A stretch of DNA of 64,000 nucleotides from a bacterium (GTDB taxonomy: Bacteria > UBA8248). Position 1 is the first letter of the stretch. Each line of letters starts with the position of its first letter. The notes under the pieces are model-generated. The model saw only the letters and a list, made by a program, of their open reading frames with translations. It was not told the origin of the DNA and did not search any database. The position numbers were made by a program, and so were the translations under genes. The DNA lies in NCBI GenBank assembly GCA_965207065.1, contig OZ242260.1, positions 4,320,001 to 4,384,000 on the forward strand, written 5' to 3'. Below, piece by piece: positions 31,425-38,362 of the stretch.

Positions 31425-32662
31425 TACTGGAAATCCTCCAGCCGGGGAATGCGGCCGTAGGCGATCTTGGCCCCCGCGTAGCCGCCCGGAGGGGCACACC
31501 CGCCGTAGCCGACGAGGGTGCGCGCGTAGCGGCTATTGATCGAGTCGACGGCGGCGTTCAGCCTCATCAGCCTGGGCCTTTCGTCCGGCTCGCCGAGAGG
31601 CAGTTCGAGCTGCATCTCGTCCGAGGGAATGAACCTGTCGAACGAGACGGCGATCCGGAACAGGGCGGCCCGGCCCCGCGCCCTGGCGAGCGCGGCCCAC
31701 AGCTCCGAGAGGGCGCCCAGGCAGGTGAGATCGTCGTTCGCTCTCGCGACGATCGTCGAGGCCGTCCAGGCGGGCGCATCGAGACACTCGGCCGAGAGGC
31801 CGAGCCTGCGGGCGAGGAACCCCTCCCGGCGCAGGCGACGGGCCGCCTTCACCACCAGTTGCCTGGCCATCGGCCGGGCGGCCTTCACGCTGCGCTCCCC
31901 CGGAGGCAGGACCCGGCCATGGCCTATCGAGCCGCGCTTCGTCATCGGCGGCTCCACGGCGTAGCCGTGGAGGGCGTACCAAAAACGCGCGCCGGTCACG
32001 TTGCCCCAGAGCGAAGTCAGCCGTCCGGGATCGGCCTTCCAGATGTCCTCGAGCGTCGCTATCCCGCCGCGTTTCAAACGCGCGCGCATGCGCTCCCCGA
32101 CCCCGGGCAGCGCATCCAGCCCGAGGTGGAGCAGAGGGCCCGGCAGGTCGCCGGGGAGCAGCACCTTGAGGCCGTCGGGCTTGTCCAGGCCGGCGGCGAT
32201 CTTGGCGAGCCACCTGTTGGGCGCGCAGCCGATGGAGCAGGTGATGCGCTCCCCGACGGCTGCCCGTATGCTGTGCTTGATTCTTCCGGCGATCTCCTCG
32301 GGGCGGTCCCGCTCCCCCAGAACGGCGGCGAGTTCATCTATCGAGCAGACGACGTCGACCGGCAGCACGGAGAGCACCGCGGCGATGATCCGGTGGTGGA
32401 TACGGACGTAGAGGTCCGGACGCTGCGGCGAGAGCGTTATCCGGGGGCACAACCGGCCGGCCTCGGCGATCGGCGTCCCGGTCTTGACGCCGAACTTCTT
32501 GGCCGCGGCGTTGGCGGCGATGACGCAGCTGTTGCGGGCCCCCGCAAAGGGTATGACGCCGACGGGGCGGCCGTGCAGGCCGGGGTCCGCCTGCTCCTCG
32601 CAGGACGCGAAAAAGCCGTCGAAATCAATATAGAGCCGCTTCGGTTTGGTCGGGTGTCGCAT
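31424..32662 (-). CDS. Y-family (DinB/UmuC-like) translesion DNA polymerase
   Basis: LYIDFDGFFASCE, AKKFGV and SIDE catalytic motifs, LAKIAAGLDKPDG, HhH LPGVG. Start at the ATG at 32662. Confidence 0.9.
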   Translation of the reverse strand: MRHPTKPKRLYIDFDGFFASCEEQADPGLHGRPVGVIPFAGARNSCVIAANAAAKKFGVKTGTPIAEAGRLCPRITLSPQRPDLYVRIHHRIIAAVLSVLPVDVVCSIDELAAVLGERDRPEEIAGRIKHSIRAAVGERITCSIGCAPNRWLAKIAAGLDKPDGLKVLLPGDLPGPLLHLGLDALPGVGERMRARLKRGGIATLEDIWKADPGRLTSLWGNVTGARFWYALHGYAVEPPMTKRGSIGHGRVLPPGERSVKAARPMARQLVVKAARRLRREGFLARRLGLSAECLDAPAWTASTIVARANDDLTCLGALSELWAALARARGRAALFRIAVSFDRFIPSDEMQLELPLGEPDERPRLMRLNAAVDSINSRYARTLVGYGGCAPPGGYAGAKIAYGRIPRLEDFQ

Positions 32663-32837
32663 GGCCCACTCATACGAATAAAATACGAAAATACCACACC
32701 ATGAACGGCCCATGCAAGATGAAAATCGGCCGGGCGCACGAGACGATTGCCACCGGCTCGCCCCCGAGCCGCCTTGCGGCGTTATCGCCGCCGGCCCGTC
32801 AGTTGATGGGCGACGCCTGACGCATTAGGCTTGAGCA

Positions 32838-32894
32838 ATGACCGCGTCTTTCAAACATCGGGGCCTGAAAGCACTCCAGGATGGCCGGACGCCT
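32838..32894 (+). pseudogene. N-terminal remnant of a HigB/RelE-family toxin
   Basis: MTASFKHRGLKAL resembles the HigB N-terminus MIxSF(K/R)H(K/R)GLK. Similarity is lost after about 18 codons and no higA is visible. Confidence 0.55.
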
Positions 32895-33009
32895 TGCGGC
32901 GCTCGCAGTCGACCGATCCGAATCCAAGCGTCAACACCCGAAAACCCGCGGTCTGACAGGGAGATAACCAATACAGGCAGGCGACCGCGAAAGCAGGAGG
33001 AGAGAGCGG

Positions 33010-33477
33010 ATGAAACCCGAAATCGCGCACGAATTGCAAACCACCGACTGGCTCAACACCGACAACCCGGTCACGCTTGAAACGTTGCGCGGCAAGATTG
33101 TGCTGGTTGAAGCCTTCCAGATGCTTTGCCCGGGATGCGTCTCCCACGCCTTGCCGCAGGCGATGCGCGTGCGGCAGACATTCAGCGCAGACGATGTCGC
33201 CGTGATCGGTTTGCATACGGTGTTCGAGCACCATGCCGCGCAGGGAACCCGCGAGGCGCTGGCCGCGTTCCTCCATGAATACAGGATCGCGTTCCCGGTG
33301 GGCATCGATGCGCCATCGGACGGCGCGGGTCCGCCGAAAACGATGGCCCGCTACGCCATGCAAGGCACGCCGACCATGCTCCTCATCGATCGGGAGGGGC
33401 GCCTGCGCAAGCAGAAGTTCGGTGGCGTGGAAGACCTCACTCTCGGCGCCGAGATCATGTCGCTCCTGCGCGAATGA
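33010..33477 (+). CDS. Thioredoxin-fold redoxin (AhpC/TSA/TlpA-like)
   Basis: WLNT, LRGKIVLVEAFQMLCPGC (CxxC), GLHTVFEHH, GTPT. Confidence 0.88.
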   Translation: MKPEIAHELQTTDWLNTDNPVTLETLRGKIVLVEAFQMLCPGCVSHALPQAMRVRQTFSADDVAVIGLHTVFEHHAAQGTREALAAFLHEYRIAFPVGIDAPSDGAGPPKTMARYAMQGTPTMLLIDREGRLRKQKFGGVEDLTLGAEIMSLLRE

Positions 33478-33514
33478 GCGGCGCGACGCCGACGGGAAAA
33501 CCGCGCCAGGAGGG

Positions 33515-33982
33515 CTAGGGACGAATCTGCAGGGTGAGGATGGTTTCCACCGGCGCGTCGTAGGTGAGTTCGTTGATGTTCAAGGCCGCGCGCGCGTGCT
33601 TTCCCCGCTCCTCGCCGAGTACCTCGACGAGGAGGTCGCTCTCCCCGTTCACCACCCAGGGCGCTTCTGTAAAACCGGGCGCGCTGTTCACGTAGCCTTC
33701 GAGGCGCACGGCCCGGACGATGCGATCGAGATCGCCGCCCAGGCAATGTTTCGCCATGGCGAAGTGGTTCAAGCCGCACAGGCGCGCCGACTGGTAGCCC
33801 TGCTCGACGGTGACTCCGTCGCCGAGCTTCCCCCGGATGGGTATCTCTCCGTTGTACTGGCCGATGGTGCCCGCGAGGAAAAGCACCTCGCCCACCGCGA
33901 CGCCGGGTATGTAGTTCGCCACGGCGGGCGGGACTTCGGGAAGTTCGATGCCGAGTTCTTCCAGCCTCTTTTCAATGCTCAT
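33515..33982 (-). CDS. RidA/YjgF family protein
   Basis: IEKRLEELGIELP, ANY, VVNGESDL, GKHARAA. Start at the ATG at 33982. Confidence 0.87.
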   Translation of the reverse strand: MSIEKRLEELGIELPEVPPAVANYIPGVAVGEVLFLAGTIGQYNGEIPIRGKLGDGVTVEQGYQSARLCGLNHFAMAKHCLGGDLDRIVRAVRLEGYVNSAPGFTEAPWVVNGESDLLVEVLGEERGKHARAALNINELTYDAPVETILTLQIRP

Positions 33983-34175
33983 ATGCGCGCTCCATGCCTG
34001 ATGAGGATACGATTCGGGGAGGCGACCCCGACGCCGGGGCGAATCTCCCGAACCCGCGCCGGGACGCCGAGACAATGGTAGCACAACTTCTCCTGCCTTC
34101 TCTCATATTCTTCGATGAAACCGAGCGCCCGGCGCAAGGGACGGGAATCGAGCACCGTAAAGCAGAGTGGGGACC

Positions 34176-34298
34176 GGCGGTTCCCGGACAGCCCCTACAT
34201 CAGCCGTGGTTTCGGCATTTCAGCAAGGCAGGGACTGCCCCTCCTCGGGGCCGTCCCACAGGTCGCGACTTCGGACAGGCACGGGGACCTGTCCCTAC
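34176..34298 (-). repeat. Cluster of GTAG-type REP-like palindromes
   Basis: Minus strand GTAGGGGCTGTCCGGGAACCGCC (34176-34198) and GTAGGGACAGGTCCCCGTGCCTGTCC (34273-34298), with another hairpin between them. Confidence 0.65.
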
Positions 34299-34435
34299 TT
34301 TCTTGTAACCTGTGTTCATTCGAGAAGAATATACGAATCTGTTGGAACTTACCCCACGCAGGCTGGAGGTGGAGGCGTGGTTCTGAGAGAATGCGCGCGG
34401 AGACGAATTTAACCTGACATTCATGGAGATGACGC

Positions 34436-35122
34436 ATGGCAATCCTCAAGGCACGGCCCCAGGAGGTGGAAATCGACTTGGGGCGAACCGCTTTCATCGT
34501 GGTGGACATGCAGAACGCTTATGCCAAGAAGGGCGGAATGCTCGACCTGGGCGCAGGCATCGACGAATCGCGCACGAACCCCGTCATCGCGGCCAACCAG
34601 CGCCTGCTCACCGCGGCACGCGCGGCCGGCGTGCAAGTATTCTATCTCCAGTTCGGGTACCAGCCTGACTTGAGCGACGCGGGCGGGCCGCAATCGCCCA
34701 ACATCCGCAAGCAGATGGCCATCCGGATGATCAAGGAACGCCCGGCGGACCGCGAGAAGCTCATCATCGAGGGAACGTGGGGGTGGGAGATCATCGACGA
34801 GCTCAAGCCCGAGCCGGACGACCTGGTAGTCAAGAAAGCCCGCTACAGCGGCTTCGCCGGCACGACGCTGGAAAACCAGCTCAACGGCCTCGACATCCGG
34901 CACATTCTCTTCACCGGCGTGGCCACGAACGTCTGCGTGGAGAGCACGGCGCGCGAGGCCTTTTTCCGCGAGTTCTGGCCCATCCTCATCGAGGATGCGA
35001 TGGACCACACCGGGCCGGACTTCACGCGAGAGGCAACGCTCTTCAACTTCGAATCAAAATTCGGCTGGGTGACGAAAACCGAAGACGTGCTGGACATGCT
35101 GGAGCGCAACCAGGCCACCTAG
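34436..35122 (+). CDS. Isochorismatase-family cysteine hydrolase (RutB-like)
   Basis: IVVDMQNAYAKKGG, KARYSGF, FTGVATNVCVESTAR. Confidence 0.88.
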   Translation: MAILKARPQEVEIDLGRTAFIVVDMQNAYAKKGGMLDLGAGIDESRTNPVIAANQRLLTAARAAGVQVFYLQFGYQPDLSDAGGPQSPNIRKQMAIRMIKERPADREKLIIEGTWGWEIIDELKPEPDDLVVKKARYSGFAGTTLENQLNGLDIRHILFTGVATNVCVESTAREAFFREFWPILIEDAMDHTGPDFTREATLFNFESKFGWVTKTEDVLDMLERNQAT

Positions 35123-35478
35123 AATATTTCCCGCAAGACAAATCGGCAAGCCCGTCGAGATGGAAGGCGCCTGGTTCTCGTTTCCATGGCAAGCGCCCGC
35201 CTTCATGAAATACCCGGGATGAACATCACTTAGTCCATATGGATAAAGAGTGCTCTGGTCCGAATTTCAGGTGCTACGCCACTACGCATGCCATCGAGCC
35301 GATGAACGGATTTCCCTGATCCAGGCAGAGAATTACAATCAATCAGGCTCGTTGGAATCCCTCTTCCCGTCTCTTTATCAGGAGCGCATTTTTCCCCGCA
35401 TATCGGAGGCGGGACACCTATGCTACGATGGATATAGCAGGGAGGAATTCTCCTCCCTCAAAGGGAAAAGGATCCCCT

Positions 35479-35868
35479 ATGAAAACGCCTTCGTTTTTGG
35501 CACCCCTGGTTGAAGGAAACTCTTTGAAAAGACTGTTTCAAGGTTTTGCGGCAGGCGCAATTTGCACGGTGATCATCGGCTTTGGTTGGGGCGGATGGGT
35601 ACTCGGCAGCGCTGCTGAGAAAATGGTGGATACAGCAACCGAAACAGCCATGGTCGCGGCTTTGGCGCCCATCTGCGCCGATAAGTTTGAGCGGGCGGTT
35701 AATACCGATAACGGTTTGGTTCCTAAACTCGCAGCGGTCGATTCATGGGAACGGGGCAATCATTTGCTGAAAGCCGGCTGGGCAACTTCACCGGGCGGAG
35801 CAAAGCCGGACAACAATGTGGCGGAAGCGTGCGCCAACTTGCTCAACAAGACATTTAAACTGAAGTAG
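35479..35868 (+). CDS. Conserved hypothetical membrane-anchored protein
   Basis: IIGFGWGGWV transmembrane segment, ALAPICADKF, GWAT.PG, VAEACA. ATG follows an A/G-rich RBS. Confidence 0.7.
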   Translation: MKTPSFLAPLVEGNSLKRLFQGFAAGAICTVIIGFGWGGWVLGSAAEKMVDTATETAMVAALAPICADKFERAVNTDNGLVPKLAAVDSWERGNHLLKAGWATSPGGAKPDNNVAEACANLLNKTFKLK

Positions 35869-35941
35869 GTCGACAAAACCGGCATCTAGCGGAAACCGCC
35901 CCCCGTACGCCCCGGCCCTCGTGGGCCGGGGCGGCGCGTCT

Positions 35942-36553
35942 TCAGTTTTGCTTGGGGATGCCCTTGAAGGCGTGCTCGCCCCAGAGGTTCTTGAGCCTCT
36001 TGTCGCGGCCGCACCTGAAGCGATAGTAGCGGTAGCGGACCGAGTTATTCTGATAATAGTTCTGGTGATAATACTCGGCGGGGTAGAACGTGGCGGCGGC
36101 GAGTATCGGGGTGACGATCGGTTTGTCGAGCAACTTTTGCGCCGCTTTCTTCGAGGCCTCGGCCGCCTTGCGCTGCTTCTCGTTCAGGGCGAAGACGGCT
36201 GTTTTGTAGGAATCGCCCCGGTCGCAGAACTGGCCGCCGTCATCGGTCGGGTCGACCGAATGCCAGAAGGCGGTGAGCAGCGCATCGTAGCTTACCTTCG
36301 CCGGATCGTAGGTGATCTCGACCGCCTCGTAGTGACCCGTGTCGCCATAGGTGACTTGTTTGTAGGTCGGGTTTTTGGTCTTGCCGCCGGTATAGCCCGA
36401 AGTCGTCGAGACCACGCCCGGCACCTTGTCGAAATCAGACTCCACGCACCAGAAGCAGCCGCCGGCGAAAATCGCCTTCTCGAGCTTCTGTGCGCTTGCG
36501 GTGTGAGCGCAGAGTAAAAACACGGCGGCTACCAATAGCATGGTCCGTTTCAT
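35942..36553 (-). CDS. msrA: Periplasmic peptide methionine sulfoxide reductase A
   Basis: Signal peptide, FAGGCFWCVE, GYTGG, GQFCDRG, FYPAEYYHQNYY. Confidence 0.96.
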   Translation of the reverse strand: MKRTMLLVAAVFLLCAHTASAQKLEKAIFAGGCFWCVESDFDKVPGVVSTTSGYTGGKTKNPTYKQVTYGDTGHYEAVEITYDPAKVSYDALLTAFWHSVDPTDDGGQFCDRGDSYKTAVFALNEKQRKAAEASKKAAQKLLDKPIVTPILAAATFYPAEYYHQNYYQNNSVRYRYYRFRCGRDKRLKNLWGEHAFKGIPKQN

Positions 36554-36780
36554 GATGTGTCTCCAAATTGTTGTGGTTCGACCCAGAAATAACTACTCAT
36601 CCGTATCGTCTGTCCCAAACGCAAACCGGCGTCGACTACGCTGCTTTCGTCAGCCGGCGAGTGGGGTCGCCCATGTGAAGTTCATCGATGGCGGCTATGA
36701 AAGTGTGAAAGGCAGGTAATCCACTGGATTCAGGACACCTATGCAACAGAAGTAATAGTAGCCTTACGCCACGCTTCAGA

Positions 36781-37056
36781 TCAACGTCGCGCATAGCCCT
36801 GCCCGCTCAAAGTCGTCTCGAAGGCGAAGCTCTCTCCCTTGCGGACGTGTTCCCTGATTTGGTTCAACACCAGCCTGCCCGCCTGAAAACCGACCAGATG
36901 AGGCCCGGAAGGATTCAGTTTCGCCGCGATGATGTCCGCATTGATGAAAAGCGGGCAGTTCGCCTCATTCGGCAGAAATTCCGTGGCGAACGTCGTCTTT
37001 CCCGCGCCGTTCGGCCCGGCGATGATGTATATCCGCTTCTCGTCCGTATCCGCCAA
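36781..37056 (-). pseudogene. Truncated zeta-toxin-like / AAA_33 P-loop ATPase
   Basis: IIAGPNGAGKTT, FINADIIA, SFAFETTLSG. Stops at 91 aa, roughly half the usual family length. Confidence 0.75.
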
Positions 37057-37275
37057 TGTCAGTCCGCTTCCTTGTAAATACCTTCATACGCAGCGGCGAT
37101 TTTCTCGTCATCCTCATTGTCTCCGCGCCCCGCTCGACATGCAAGGCCGGCCAAAAGCGCATCGGTCATCCCCTGTGGTATATATAACCGCCGAGGGGTT
37201 CATGCGCGGAAATTGTGAGCCTGTGAAAACACGCAAAATTTAGTGATTTCCCTGTAAAGACCGAACGAGGCTGCG

Positions 37276-37761
37276 ATGAAAAAAACGGTTTTGTTGCTGA
37301 GTGTGTTCACGCTCGCCATCGTCATGAGTACACCCGCCTCAGGAGCCGAGCCACGAAAACGCCTCAAAGCGCGCGTCACCAAGGTGTACGACGGGGCGAG
37401 CTTTCAACTCGGCGGCGGCCTGCGCTCCGCCCTGATCGGCGTGGCCGCCCCCGCGCCCGGCGCGCCCGGCTCCGAGCAGGCCCATGCGCTCCTGAAGCGC
37501 CTCATCGAGAACAGGACCGTAACCCTCGAAATCGACGAAAAACCCGTGGACGGCTCCGGGCAGACGCTTTATTACGTTTTCCTGGAAGAAGGCGGCCTCG
37601 TGAACGCCCTCATGGTGCTGCGGGGGCTGGGCCGCGCCCTCGTGAAACACCCCAACGTGCGCTACCGCAAGGAGCTGATAGAGGCCGAAAACCTCGCCAA
37701 GCGATACCGCCGCGGCGTGTGGGGCAGCGAATTCGACCCGCGGGATCCGATAGACCGCTAA
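37276..37761 (+). CDS. Secreted thermonuclease (SNase)-fold protein with a degenerate active site
   Basis: Signal peptide, VTKVYDG, LIGVAAP, VNALMVLRGLG, AENLAKRYRRGVW. Confidence 0.85.
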   Translation: MKKTVLLLSVFTLAIVMSTPASGAEPRKRLKARVTKVYDGASFQLGGGLRSALIGVAAPAPGAPGSEQAHALLKRLIENRTVTLEIDEKPVDGSGQTLYYVFLEEGGLVNALMVLRGLGRALVKHPNVRYRKELIEAENLAKRYRRGVWGSEFDPRDPIDR

Positions 37762-37974
37762 ATTTCATACGGGCAGGTTTTCATACGGGCAGTCTCGGTG
37801 ACGCACCCGAATCCTGTGCAGCCGTTTTGAGAAGGAGTTGTTGACAAACCCCCTCGCGAGAAAAACGCCTGCGGCGCATTCACCTCCCTGACGCGCAATT
37901 CCTCCCTCGTCCCGGAAAGGCCCGAAAACCCGCGCTGAAGAATTCCTCCTTCCTCAGTCGGATTTCACCACTAC

Positions 37975-38063
37975 CGTCATTCCGCCGAAAGCCGGAATGA
38001 CAATGCCTTTGCTCGGTCGATAAACAAGAATATAGCGGACAGGTCCCTGTGCCTGTCCTCTAC
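37975..38063. repeat. REP-like palindromes (CGTC type and GTAG type)
   Basis: CGTCATTCCG-CCGAAAGC-CGGAATGAC at 37975-38001 and GGACAGG-TCCCTGTG-CCTGTCC-TCTAC at 38037-38063. Confidence 0.65.
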
Positions 38064-38169
38064 GGACCCCTCTTCCCGGTTGGCCCCATTCGCCGATTCA
38101 TGAATTTCGGACTTTTCAACAATCCCCTCCTCACGCTTCCCTTCCTCAAAGGCGCGCCGTGGCGAGGTT

Positions 38170-38206
38170 CTTTACGGAATCTTTACGATCTTTACACAAT
38201 CTTTAC
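38170..38206 (+). promoter_or_regulatory. Four phased CTTTAC direct repeats upstream of the SRCR autotransporter
   Basis: CTTTAC at 38170, 38181, 38190 and 38201 (periods 11, 9, 11 bp). Confidence 0.55.
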
Positions 38207-38362
38207 ATTCACTCGCAGCTTCCGCTGATACCATTTTCTTGCCCATTCGGGCCTCGCCGGACGTTCCTGGACGCGAAGGCGAGCCTGCCGCCGGTCTCGA
38301 AATTCCAAACCTGCCGCCTCCTTCCACATCCGCCGCCGCAACAACAGGAAGGGGAACAGACC

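Noticed and set aside
33515-35122. RidA plus RutB-like genes as a rut pyrimidine-degradation operon
   Set aside because: They are divergent, separated by REP elements, and rutA/D/F are absent.
38159-38362. Upstream extension of the 1642-aa ORF
   Set aside because: Overlaps operator-like repeats and precedes a clear RBS plus ATG at 38363.
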